From Gemmatimonadota bacterium (GTDB taxonomy: Bacteria; Gemmatimonadota; Gemmatimonadetes; Gemmatimonadales; Gemmatimonadaceae): a DNA stretch of 64,000 bases. Position numbers and translations under genes: made by a program. The notes below the pieces were generated by a model. That model saw only the letters and a list, made by a program, of their open reading frames with translations, did no database searches and had not been told where the DNA came from. The DNA is taken from assembly GCA_031127095.1 (NCBI GenBank), contig JARIEX010000002.1, positions 3,346 through 67,345 on the forward strand, written 5' to 3'. This document shows positions 27,654 to 37,333 of the stretch, one piece after another; positions within the stretch are counted from its first letter, which is position 1; each line of letters begins with the position of its first letter.

Positions 27654-30444
27654 GATACCGCGTCGCCGCCGCCGCGAGCGCGCCGGATGACAGCCCTGTA
27701 ATCAGCGGGTCTTCGGCGCCGATGGTACCTACGTCGTCGCCGTATTCGAGCCGCGCGCGGAGGGTGCTTAGCCAGTAACCGTTCTGCTTCCGCGCCACCT
27801 CCAGCTCCCGTCGCTGCTGCTCGCGCACGCGCTCCACTTCCGCCGCGGTGGGCGGCACGCGGCGCAGTGAATCCAGCTCCTGCTGGACGGCCGCGAACAT
27901 CGCGTCCGCCTTGTCCGGCGCCGATCCGTAGCTGATCACCACCTGCCATTCCGCGCGCGGCTGGCGCGCGAACTGCGTGTTCACGCTCACTGAATACGTG
28001 CCCCCCAGCGACTCGCGTAAGCGATCCAACAGGCGCATCTCGAGCACCTCGCCCACCGACGACAGCAGGTACGATTCCTCGCGGCTCCAGCGCCCCTCGC
28101 CGGCCAGTACGATCGCCGTCTGACTCTGCGGCGCGATCCCTTTGCGCACCGTCTTGTCGATGCGGCCGCTGAACATCGCGGGACCCACGTCGCGGAACGT
28201 TTCGCGACGCCCGCCCGCCGGCAGCGGCGCGAGCCACTGTTCCACGAGCGGCTTGAGCACGGCCAGATCCACGTTGCCCACGAACAGGAAGGTGAAGTCC
28301 CCCGTGTCCGCAAAGCGGTCGCGGTAGATCGCCAGCATCTCGCGCAGGTCGAGCTCCTGCAGCATTGCCACCGACAGCGGGCGCACGCGCGGGTGACCGC
28401 CGCCCAGCGTCATCTGCACGGTATCGCTGAACACCGCCGCCGGGTTGGCGTCTTTGTTCTTGAGCACCTGCTCGAACTGCTGCAGGAGGGCCTTGAACGC
28501 CGACGTGTCCGCGCGCGGCGCCGTGAGGCGCAGCCACGTGAGCTGCAGCATCGTTTCCAGATCTTTGGGTGAGGCGCGCCCGCTCACCCCTTCGCTGAGG
28601 TCGGAAATCACCGCCGTGGCCGACGCCACTTTGCCGGTGAGTTTCTTGGTCAGATCAACCAGCGAATAGTCCCCCATGCCGCCGCGCTCGAGCACGGTGG
28701 TGGTGAGCGACGTCTTGAACACGTCGCGGTCGGACACGAGGCTCGCGCCGCCGGGGCTCCAGCCGCTCATCACGATCTGGTCGGCGGTGAAGTCGGTGGG
28801 CTTCACAAACACCTTGATGCCGTTCGAGAGCGTCCACTCCGTGAGGTCCAGCGACGCCACCTTGCGCTCCGACACCACCCGGCCCGTGGGCGGCACTGCG
28901 GCGACCAACGCGCCCGCTGTCACCGTTTCCACCCACGGCGCAATCGCGGCCGCGTGCACCGTGCCGAACAGCGCGCGGATCTCCGCCTCGGTGGGCACCC
29001 GCAGTCCGTCTTTGTCGGGCAGACTCACCGTCACCACCCGATTCGCCTCACCCACCCGGCCGGCGCCCAGCGCGTTCACCTCGGCCAGCGTGACCGTGGG
29101 CAGCAGGCGCTGCATCGCCGCGTACTCGAACGCGATGCCCGGAATGGCCTCGCCCTCCAAGTAGTTGCCGATGTACTCCTCCACAAACGCCTCCGACGGC
29201 GTCTTGTCGCGCTCCTGATACGCCCGCTCGTAGCCGCGCAGCGTGTTCACCGTGGCGCGCGCCAGTTCGGCCGGGAGAAACCCATGCTGCCGCACCCGCT
29301 CCGCTTCGATGAGCACGGCGCGCAAGGACTCCAGCAGCTGCCCCTCCTTGGCGCGCGCATCGAGCGCGTAGTACGCGCTGTTGCGCACGAAGCTCCCGCC
29401 GCCGGCGCTGGCACCCACGAACGGCGTCTCCGGCTTCAACGCGAGTTCGCCAAGGCGCTGATTGAGCATCTGATCATACAGGCGCTCCAGCAGATCCTGT
29501 CGCAGATCACCGACCGTGCGGGTGGTGCGCCCGGGGCGCTTCCAGAGCACGCCCACCGACGAGGCGGAGAGCTCCTTGTCGGTGGCGATGGACACCAGCG
29601 TGGAGTCGTGGGTGGGCACCGCGGCGGTTACGCGCCGGCGCGCCCCGGGACGCGCCGGGATCCGGCCAAAGGTGGAGCGCACCAGCGCCTCCAGTCGCGT
29701 GGGGTCGGCATCGCCGACGGCCACGACAGCCATGAGATCCGGCCGGTACCAGTCGCGCCAGAAGCGCTTGAGCGGCGCGGGATTCGCGCCCTCGAGAATC
29801 TCCGGCTTGCCGATCGGCAGGCGGTCGGCGTAGCGCGAGCCGCGGAAGATCACGGGGAACTGCTGATCGCGCAGCCGCTCGCCGGCACCGAGGCCGGTGC
29901 GCCACTCCGCCAGCACCACGCCCCGTTCGGCCACCACCTCGGTGGAGTCGAACAGAATGCCGCCGGCCACATCACCCAGAAAACGGAAACTCTTCTCGAG
30001 AATGCCGGCGCTGTCGGTGGGTACCGGCAGGATGTACACCGTTTCGTCGAAGCTCGTGAAGGCATTGAGGTCGGCGCCGAAGCGCACGCCGATCGACTCG
30101 AGGTATTTCACGATGTCATTCTTGGCGAACGACGTGGTGCCGTTGAACGCCATGTGCTCGATGAAGTGCGCCAGCCCGCGCTGATCATCGTCTTCCAGAA
30201 TCGAGCCCGCATTGACCACCAGCCGCAGCTCGGCGCGCTGCTCCGGTTTTGTGTTGCGCCGGATGTAATAGCGGATGCCGTTGGGCAACGTGCCGATGCG
30301 CACGGCTGGATCAACCGGCAGTGCGGCGGAAAGGGCGAACGAATCGGTGGAGGCGGCTGGCCTCGTGTTCGCTTGCGCTCCAACAGCGCCAGCCGTCGTA
30401 ACCGCCAGGAGCGCGGCGATCGAAAAACTATTGAAAAAAGTCAA
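27604..30444 (-). CDS. M16 family zinc protease (PqqL-like), exported
   Basis: Inverted zincin HFIEH in GLAHFIEHMAFNGT, NAFTSFDETVY, RLPIG, LSNG, LRESLGGTY; probable TTG start 30444 followed by a signal peptide. Confidence 0.93.
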   Translation of the reverse strand: MTFFNSFSIAALLAVTTAGAVGAQANTRPAASTDSFALSAALPVDPAVRIGTLPNGIRYYIRRNTKPEQRAELRLVVNAGSILEDDDQRGLAHFIEHMAFNGTTSFAKNDIVKYLESIGVRFGADLNAFTSFDETVYILPVPTDSAGILEKSFRFLGDVAGGILFDSTEVVAERGVVLAEWRTGLGAGERLRDQQFPVIFRGSRYADRLPIGKPEILEGANPAPLKRFWRDWYRPDLMAVVAVGDADPTRLEALVRSTFGRIPARPGARRRVTAAVPTHDSTLVSIATDKELSASSVGVLWKRPGRTTRTVGDLRQDLLERLYDQMLNQRLGELALKPETPFVGASAGGGSFVRNSAYYALDARAKEGQLLESLRAVLIEAERVRQHGFLPAELARATVNTLRGYERAYQERDKTPSEAFVEEYIGNYLEGEAIPGIAFEYAAMQRLLPTVTLAEVNALGAGRVGEANRVVTVSLPDKDGLRVPTEAEIRALFGTVHAAAIAPWVETVTAGALVAAVPPTGRVVSERKVASLDLTEWTLSNGIKVFVKPTDFTADQIVMSGWSPGGASLVSDRDVFKTSLTTTVLERGGMGDYSLVDLTKKLTGKVASATAVISDLSEGVSGRASPKDLETMLQLTWLRLTAPRADTSAFKALLQQFEQVLKNKDANPAAVFSDTVQMTLGGGHPRVRPLSVAMLQELDLREMLAIYRDRFADTGDFTFLFVGNVDLAVLKPLVEQWLAPLPAGGRRETFRDVGPAMFSGRIDKTVRKGIAPQSQTAIVLAGEGRWSREESYLLSSVGEVLEMRLLDRLRESLGGTYSVSVNTQFARQPRAEWQVVISYGSAPDKADAMFAAVQQELDSLRRVPPTAAEVERVREQQRRELEVARKQNGYWLSTLRARLEYGDDVGTIGAEDPLITGLSSGALAAAATRYLTETNRARFVLLPEGR

Positions 30445-30562
30445 GATGGCCCCGTTGAAAGCGCTGCAAACCGTGCACTGCCGTTGCTGAATTCCGAGCG
30501 CTATAGACAATCTGGTACCTCGCGCGGACGACTGACCGCTCACCTCAGAGGCAGTCGCGCAG

Positions 30563-32662
30563 TTACGTGCTCGGGAATCTCCCCCGCAGCAGTGCCCGTA
30601 AATCCAGCGGGGGCGCATCACCCCGCGGAGCCGGCAGCGCCGGCGGCATGGCCTCACCCAGGGTGACCCGTTGCATGGTGGTGCGTACCCCGGGGTCGAG
30701 AAAACGGGACAGCTGACTGTAGGCGAAATCGGCGCCGGTGCGTGTGGCGTAGCTGTGCAGCGGATACGTCACGTACAGCTGGTCGCGTGCGCGTGTCATG
30801 GCCACGTAGAGCAGGCGCCGCTCTTCATCCACCTGTGCGTCGTCGTGGGCGGCGCGCGCCATGGGGAACACGCCGTCGGAGGCGTGGATCACGAACACCA
30901 CGTCCCATTCCTTCCCCTTGGCCGAGTGGGCCGTGGAGAGAATCAGTGCGTCGTCCTCGTCGGTGCTCCCCACTGCCAGATCCTGCGTGTTGGCCGGCGG
31001 CTCGAGGGCGAGCGCAGACAGGAAGGTGCTGCGGTCGGGGTAGCCGGCGGCGATGATCTCGAGCTGGTCGAGATCGGCCATGCGCGGGGGCGCGTCGTCG
31101 TAGGTGGCCAGCAGGATCGGATCGTACAGCTGACGGCACAGCCGGATGGATTCAGCGGGCGAATGTGGCACGTTGCTGCGCTCCACGCGCCGCATGCCGT
31201 CCAGCAGGGCAGCGAGGGCTTGCAGCGCGGGGCGCGCCCGCGACGGCGCCTTGGTGGCCCCCAGCGCCATCGGCTCCCAATTGTGGTGCATCAGCAGCTC
31301 CACGGCGGCGCGCGCGGTGGCGTCTCCAACGCCGGGGAGCAGCCGCAGCAGCCGGTACCAGCTCACCTCGTCGCGCGGATTCTCCAGCACGCGCAGGAAG
31401 GCGAGGAGGTCCTTGATGTGGGCCGCTTCGAGGAACTTGAGGCCCCCCCACTTTTCGTATGGAATGCGGCGGTTGGCCAGCTCGATTTCCAGATCGGCCG
31501 ACAGGTAGCCGGCGCGGAAGAGCACCGCCATCTCGCGCAGCGGTACCCCCTCCTGATGCAGTTCGAGCAGGCGGTCCACCACGAAGGCGGTCTGTGCGTG
31601 TTCGTCCTTCACCGTGACCAGCCACGGTGCCTCGCCGCCGGTACGCTCGGTCCACAGCTGCTTCGAGTAGCGTTCGAGGCTGCGCGAAATGAGCGTGTTG
31701 GTGGTGTCGAGAATCGGCGCCGTCGAGCGGTAATTGCGCTCGAGCGTCACGATGTGCGTGCCGGGAAACTGGCGCGGAAAATCGAGGATGTTGCGGATCG
31801 TCGCGCCGCGGAACGCATAGATGCTTTGCGCGTCGTCGCCCACCACGGTGATGCGGCCGTTGGTGCACAGCGCGCGCAGGATGCGTGACTGCAGCGGGTT
31901 GGTGTCCTGATACTCGTCCACGAGCACGTGGTCGTACAGCGCGCGGATCTGGTCGGCGATCGGGGGGGCCTGCTCCAGCAGCAGCGCCCACGACAGCAGC
32001 AGATCATCGTAATCCAGCAGGTTGCGCTCGGCCTTGCGCCGGACGTAATCGCCGAACAGCACTTCGATGTCGCCGGTCCAGGCCAGAAAGTGCGGCCACT
32101 GATCGGCCAGCAGGTCGGCGATCGGCTGCTCGGTGTTCACGTGGCGCGAGTAGATCGACTGCAGCGTCTCCGCGCGCGGGAAGCGCGGCGCCGAGCGCGG
32201 GGCATTTTTGAGATCCGCGTAGCCCAGCGCGGCGCGGGAGATGCCCATCAGGTCGGAGGCGTCGCTCTGATCCAGAATAGTGAAGTCGGCCGGGAGCCCG
32301 GCGGCGGGACCGAAGCGGCGCAGCAGGCGGTGGGCGATGCCGTGGAAGGTGCCGCCCTGGACCTGGTGCGAGGCGGAGCCCACCAGCCGTTCGCAGCGCC
32401 CCAGCATTTCCTGTGACGCCCGCCGGGTGAAGGTGAGCAGCAGGATCCGGCCGGCGGGGACGCCCCTACCTATTAAGTGGGCGACGCGATGGATGAGCGT
32501 GCGGGTCTTCCCCGAGCCGGCGCCCGCCACGATCAGCAGCGGCGTATCGCCATGCGCGGCGGCTTCGGCCTGGGCGGCGTTGAGCGCGGGCCCGTCAACG
32601 GCCACCGGGGGCGGGGGGACGACCCGGGGGGCGGGGACATGGATCCGGGGAGGCTCGACCAT
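30563..32662 (-). CDS. UvrD/Rep/PcrA-family SF1 DNA helicase
   Basis: AGAGSGKT, DEYQDTN, VGDDAQSIYAFRGA, NYRST, HSAKGKEW, EERRLLYVAMTRA; start ATG 32662. Confidence 0.94.
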   Translation of the reverse strand: MVEPPRIHVPAPRVVPPPPVAVDGPALNAAQAEAAAHGDTPLLIVAGAGSGKTRTLIHRVAHLIGRGVPAGRILLLTFTRRASQEMLGRCERLVGSASHQVQGGTFHGIAHRLLRRFGPAAGLPADFTILDQSDASDLMGISRAALGYADLKNAPRSAPRFPRAETLQSIYSRHVNTEQPIADLLADQWPHFLAWTGDIEVLFGDYVRRKAERNLLDYDDLLLSWALLLEQAPPIADQIRALYDHVLVDEYQDTNPLQSRILRALCTNGRITVVGDDAQSIYAFRGATIRNILDFPRQFPGTHIVTLERNYRSTAPILDTTNTLISRSLERYSKQLWTERTGGEAPWLVTVKDEHAQTAFVVDRLLELHQEGVPLREMAVLFRAGYLSADLEIELANRRIPYEKWGGLKFLEAAHIKDLLAFLRVLENPRDEVSWYRLLRLLPGVGDATARAAVELLMHHNWEPMALGATKAPSRARPALQALAALLDGMRRVERSNVPHSPAESIRLCRQLYDPILLATYDDAPPRMADLDQLEIIAAGYPDRSTFLSALALEPPANTQDLAVGSTDEDDALILSTAHSAKGKEWDVVFVIHASDGVFPMARAAHDDAQVDEERRLLYVAMTRARDQLYVTYPLHSYATRTGADFAYSQLSRFLDPGVRTTMQRVTLGEAMPPALPAPRGDAPPLDLRALLRGRFPST

Positions 32663-32798
32663 TGATGTATAGTAGCGGCCGGCGTGCCGGCGCGTCGTCT
32701 GTCCGGCCGCCACTGTGACCCTCGCGCCGGGGCGGGCGTCTAGTGACGATGCTGAGGGGAAGCGGGAGCATTTTGTGGACAACTCCCCGCGGGAACGG

Positions 32799-32822
32799 CC
32801 CCGTCACAGCATTGTGACGGGG
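32799..32822. promoter_or_regulatory. Perfect palindrome, candidate transcription-factor site
   Basis: CCCCGTCACA-gcat-TGTGACGGGG, 28 bp upstream of the predicted -35. Confidence 0.5.
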
Positions 32823-32850
32823 GTGGCCGGAATCCGGCGCACGCGGACGC

Positions 32851-32880
32851 TTGACGTGCGCGGGCCAACGCCTCTAGGTT
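32851..32880 (+). promoter_or_regulatory. Putative sigma70 promoter for the Ig-domain surface protein
   Basis: TTGACG (32851-32856), 18 nt, TAGGTT (32875-32880). Confidence 0.55.
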
Positions 32881-33256
32881 TGGTCGTGAATCCTGACGGA
32901 AGAGAGCGCGCGCCAGCCCAAGGGCTGGCCACGCCCTTTTCCTATGGTTGTCGGTGATGGTTGTTGGTGAAGGATCGCACAGCACAGTGTGCGAGCTGGA
33001 AATCACGCGGCGTTGGCGCTTGGGTCGGCAAGGCGTGATGCAGGGCAGCAGTACAGAACACTCCGGGCATCATGCCCTTCGTACGTCGCAGACGCAGATT
33101 CGGCCGCTCCCCGAGACTCGTCGCGATCCTCTGCGAAGACCGTATCGATGAAGCGTACGCCAGAGCGGCGCGCGCTTGCCAACGCAAGACGTTGTTGATG
33201 AGGCGCCCAACCTCATTGACGGCAGCTACCTCCACGACCTCGAAAGAGGGGGATTA

Positions 33257-36200
33257 ATGCAACTCTTTTCTCGGAATAAGGCGATCGTCGCCCTGAGCCT
33301 TGGCGCCCTGGCGCTCGGTGCTTGCGGTGATGACGTGACGGTGCCTGTGGCACCGGCCGCGCCGATCACGCTGTCCATCACGCCGCCCTCTGCCAACATG
33401 AACATTGGCGAAGCGGTGAATTTTGCGGTGCAGATCTCGGGCGGCACTGGCGCGGCGACGCTGGCCAGCTGCACCTCGAGCTCGGCCACGGTTGCCACGG
33501 CGACCGTCTCTGGTTCGTCCTGCCGCGTGACCGCGGTCGGCGCGGGTAACGCGACGATCACGGCGGCCGCGTCGACGGGTCAGTCGGCTGCTGCCTCCGT
33601 CTCGGTGGCCGCTCCGGCTGCCGCGATCAGCGGCCTGCAGGTTTCGCCGAGCGCGGCGAACGTGCAGGTGAACCAGACCGTCACGATCGTCCCGACGGTG
33701 AACAAGGGTGCCGCCGCGGTCGCGGTGGCGTACACGTACGCCTCGTCGACCGCCTCGGTTGCCACGGTGTCTGCCGCCGGTGTCGTCACCGCGGTCGGCC
33801 CCGGCGTCGCCACCATCACGGTGACGGCCACGGGCACGGGCACGGGCTTCACGTCCACGACGCTTACGTCGGCGGCTGCGATCACGGTCACGGCGCTGCC
33901 CACGGGCATGACGTCGCTGAACGTTTCGCCGGCCACGCTGGCCCTGGCGGCCGGCAGCACGGCGCAGGTCGTTGCCAACGCGCAGCAGCCCTCGGGCGCG
34001 GCCGCGGCCACGATCACCTACGGCACCACCGCCCCGGCGGTTGCCACGGTGAGCTCGATGGGTCTGATCACGGCGGTTGGCGCCGGCTCAGCGGTGATCA
34101 CGGTGACGGCCTCGTCGGCCGCCAACGCGAACTTCGCGGCCGCGACGCTCTCCGGCACGGTGGCCGTCACGGTGTCGCCGGCGGCGCAGATCTCGATCGC
34201 CTCGATCACGCAGGGCGGTAATGCCGTCGACGTGAACAGCGTGTCCGGACAGGTCCAGATCAACACCAACCTCGTTACCAACGGCCAGCTCGTGTCGGCC
34301 ATCTCCGCCTGGGTATGCCGGGTCGGTGAGACGGTGCCGGATTGCGCTGCGCGCTCGGGTATGCCCGCTGCCCAGCAGTCGTTCGGCACCGGCGGTGCGG
34401 CCAATGGTCCTGTGTCGCTCACGATCAACACCGCCGACTTCACGGTCGCGCCGGATTTCGGCAGCGCGTCGGTCAAGTACAACAACGGCCAGAACGTCGT
34501 GGTGGCCACGGTCACCACCGTCGGCGGCCTGAACGCGGCCAACAGCAACCTGTCCGTGCTGAACTTCACGAACGTTGACGGCTTCGCCGCGCGCCATGTG
34601 GCGCCGACGACGACGGCTTCGAACTCGGCTGGCGCTGCCTACTTCGGTGGCCCGAGCAGCGGTGGTCGTGGCTCGATCTCCGTGGTGCCGGTGACGTACA
34701 CCGCGGGCCGCACGATCAAGGCTGCCACGGCTGGCGTGCCGGCTGGTGTCGCTTCGTGCGCCGCTGGCATCAGCTTTACCTCGGCGGCGACGCCGTGGAC
34801 GTTCACGTACGGAACCTCGCTCGGTACGGCGACCGGCGCGAATGCCACGAACGTCGTGTGCACTGGCGCGGCTGCCACGCTTGACCTGACGGCGGTTGTT
34901 TCGGCTTCCACGTACAGCGACAACACGGCTGGACCGATGGCGACGGGTGCAGTCGAATCGACGCCCGCTGCCAACACGTTCCTCACGATCTCCTCGAGCA
35001 CGACGCCGATTGCGGCGCCGGCCTCGATCCGTGTGGACTACATCGCGCCGGCTGGCGGCTCATTCTCCATCCCGACCAGCGGCTGGGTGAACGCGAGCAC
35101 GATCTTCGGTACGGCTACTGGCACGATCCTCACGCTCGCCACGGACGGGAACGTCGGTCTCCCGACCACCCCGAACGTGCGCTACCGTGGTTGTGTGGCG
35201 GCGGATACGACGACCTTCGCGATGGGCACGCTCACGGGTTCGGACATCCCGGAGTGCTCCACCAGCAACGCGAACACCGTGTACACCGCGCGTTACTATC
35301 CGATCGACCGCCTCGGCAACGTCGGTACGACCGTCGCGTCGGGTACGTTCGGCGTTGACAAGACCGCCCCGATCGTGCGCTACAGCGCTGGTATCGCGGC
35401 TGATCGTTCCATCAACCCGGCCGAGGCGAATGCCTTCCAGGTTGAGGCACTCGACGAGCGCTCGGGTCTGACCAGTGCGGCCACGGCGTCCTTCACGCGC
35501 ACGTTGCGTCGGTCGAGCTCCTTGAGTCTTTCGGGCTGGGCAGCTGCGTCGAACAACTTCTGCAACGACGCCGCTGCTGCCACGGGGTCGCTCGGCTTCG
35601 GTGCGCTGTTCATCAGCGCCCCGAACTGCGCGTATGCCGCCACGGCCGCGTACGCCGGAACGACGACGGATGGCTACTCGATCGCTCCGGCGATCGCTTA
35701 TGCCGGCCTCGCGGGCGACGGCTACTTCACCTACCGTGCGCGCGTCGCTGACGAAGCGGGCAACACGGCGGTGGTGGCGCGTCAGGCGATCCTGCGTAGC
35801 ACCACCACGCCGGTCGTGACGGCTGCCGTCATGATCGCGCCGATCACCTCGACCTACACGGGCCCGTTCACGGGCACGTTCCAGGATCAGGTGGAGACCA
35901 AGGGCACTGGCCTGCGCGTGAAGTACGGTGCGGTGGAACTGGCCTACCCGATGTCGCTCACGTCCGCCGTTACCTTCGACGACGTGATCACGCGGGACTC
36001 GCTGTACAGCGGCACCACGCCGTTTGCCTCGGGCGTCCGTCTCTACACGGATCTCGAGCAGACCACCGTCGGCAACGCGCCCGGTGGCACGTTGTTCCAG
36101 CTGTCCGCGTCGGGCAACTACGCCCAGAACTTCGGCGGCGTGGGCGCGAGCAGCTTCGCCAACTTCCTGACCGGCTCGATCACGTTCGATGCCGCCACCT

Positions 36201-36640
36201 GGACGACCAAGTCTGCCACGCTGGCGCGCTTCTATGTCACGTCGGACGCGGCTTCGTACAACAGCCCGGTGGGCGGTCTCAAGGCCCAGGTAGTTGGACC
36301 GGCCAACACGTTCAACTCGCCGTTCTCCCGCGTTGACTTCTACCGCCTGCTGGCCGTGTCCGGCCAGTGGGAGTATGTCGGCTCGGTTGACGCCACGGCC
36401 ACGCCGTGCATCAGCGTGTCGCAGACTTGTGGTGTGTACATCGGTGAGAACACGAGCACGACTGAGCGTGTGATCACCTACGTGCTCCGCGCGCCGGGCA
36501 CCGGCGCCGAAAGCACCGATGCGATCTCGCTCGCTGCGGGCAACTACGTGGCGATCGGCACCACCGGCACGTCGGGTCGTGGCCTGCTCACGCAGGGATC
36601 TGCTGACCTCACGCCGCCGCCGCCGGCCAGCCGCCGTTAA
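33257..36640 (+). CDS. Large Ig-like-domain lipoprotein, candidate S-layer/major surface protein
   Basis: GAGGGGG SD; lipobox LGAC; three Big_2-like repeats (S/T...VATVS...G.VTAVG.G.A.IT); DRLGN, DKTAP, DEAGN Ig motifs; Ala/Thr/Ser/Gly-rich. Confidence 0.8.
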   Translation: MQLFSRNKAIVALSLGALALGACGDDVTVPVAPAAPITLSITPPSANMNIGEAVNFAVQISGGTGAATLASCTSSSATVATATVSGSSCRVTAVGAGNATITAAASTGQSAAASVSVAAPAAAISGLQVSPSAANVQVNQTVTIVPTVNKGAAAVAVAYTYASSTASVATVSAAGVVTAVGPGVATITVTATGTGTGFTSTTLTSAAAITVTALPTGMTSLNVSPATLALAAGSTAQVVANAQQPSGAAAATITYGTTAPAVATVSSMGLITAVGAGSAVITVTASSAANANFAAATLSGTVAVTVSPAAQISIASITQGGNAVDVNSVSGQVQINTNLVTNGQLVSAISAWVCRVGETVPDCAARSGMPAAQQSFGTGGAANGPVSLTINTADFTVAPDFGSASVKYNNGQNVVVATVTTVGGLNAANSNLSVLNFTNVDGFAARHVAPTTTASNSAGAAYFGGPSSGGRGSISVVPVTYTAGRTIKAATAGVPAGVASCAAGISFTSAATPWTFTYGTSLGTATGANATNVVCTGAAATLDLTAVVSASTYSDNTAGPMATGAVESTPAANTFLTISSSTTPIAAPASIRVDYIAPAGGSFSIPTSGWVNASTIFGTATGTILTLATDGNVGLPTTPNVRYRGCVAADTTTFAMGTLTGSDIPECSTSNANTVYTARYYPIDRLGNVGTTVASGTFGVDKTAPIVRYSAGIAADRSINPAEANAFQVEALDERSGLTSAATASFTRTLRRSSSLSLSGWAAASNNFCNDAAAATGSLGFGALFISAPNCAYAATAAYAGTTTDGYSIAPAIAYAGLAGDGYFTYRARVADEAGNTAVVARQAILRSTTTPVVTAAVMIAPITSTYTGPFTGTFQDQVETKGTGLRVKYGAVELAYPMSLTSAVTFDDVITRDSLYSGTTPFASGVRLYTDLEQTTVGNAPGGTLFQLSASGNYAQNFGGVGASSFANFLTGSITFDAATWTTKSATLARFYVTSDAASYNSPVGGLKAQVVGPANTFNSPFSRVDFYRLLAVSGQWEYVGSVDATATPCISVSQTCGVYIGENTSTTERVITYVLRAPGTGAESTDAISLAAGNYVAIGTTGTSGRGLLTQGSADLTPPPPASRR

Positions 36641-36651
36641 TTGGCAGCTCC

Positions 36652-36680
36652 TCAAGCGCCGGGCAACTCCCGGCGCTTGA
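36652..36680 (+). other. Stem-loop just after the surface-protein stop
   Basis: TCAAGCGCCGGG-caact-CCCGGCGCTTGA, perfect 12-bp stem. Confidence 0.7.
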
Positions 36681-36691
36681 CGGTGGAACGG

Positions 36692-36733
36692 AATAGCGCG
36701 GCCCTGCCCTCACGGGCAGGGCCGCGCTATTTT
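36692..36733 (+). terminator. Rho-independent terminator
   Basis: AATAGCGCGGCCCTGCCC-tcac-GGGCAGGGCCGCGCTATT running into TTTT. Confidence 0.85.
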
Positions 36734-36798
36734 GCGTCCTGAACTCACCACACCGGCCGATCGAGCGACGCGGTCGGCACACCAACCCACGAGAATCC

Positions 36799-37275
36799 AT
36801 GCCTGCTGTTTTTGTCCGTCGCGCCGTGCGAACGGCGATTGTGCTCCTGCTCGCCGCCTGTTCCAGTGACTCCCAGGAAGTAGGCGCCGAACGGCTCAAA
36901 GCCGTCCGCGATGGGATGCCCCGCGATTCCGTCATGGCGATCCTCGGGACCGGCCCACTCACCGCCCGCTACGCCGACACGCTCCGCGTCGATCATGGCT
37001 TCCGCCGCAGCGTCTACCTCGTGGACGGCCAGACGATCGAGGTGCTCTACTATCGCGAGCAGCCCGGTGACGTGACCGAAGCGGTGCAGCAGGACACCGA
37101 GACGCCCATTGTGCTGGCCGACGGAAAGGCGTTGGGCTGGGGATGGGCGTCCTACGCGGATGCCATGAAGCAGTACAACCTGCCGTCCCCCATTGAGGCG
37201 CCCACGCCGCCGGCCCCTTCCACCGCGTCGCCGGCCGCTCCGGCCGCGCGCCCGGATTCTGGCCCGAAGGCCTAA
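36799..37275 (+). CDS. Small lipoprotein (BamE/DUF3192-like fold possible)
   Basis: Lipobox LAAC; GMPRDSVMAILG, EVLYY, TPIVLADGKALGWG; Pro/Ala tail. Confidence 0.72.
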   Translation: MPAVFVRRAVRTAIVLLLAACSSDSQEVGAERLKAVRDGMPRDSVMAILGTGPLTARYADTLRVDHGFRRSVYLVDGQTIEVLYYREQPGDVTEAVQQDTETPIVLADGKALGWGWASYADAMKQYNLPSPIEAPTPPAPSTASPAAPAARPDSGPKA

Positions 37276-37333
37276 GTCGGGGGGCACCGGCGCCCCGACC
37301 CGTTCTTTCGGGGCTGCGACGGCACGCACCTCG

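Noticed and set aside
32948-33257. Small ORFs in the surface-protein leader
   Set aside because: No convincing SD or coding bias; region is better explained as a structured UTR, although a leader peptide cannot be excluded
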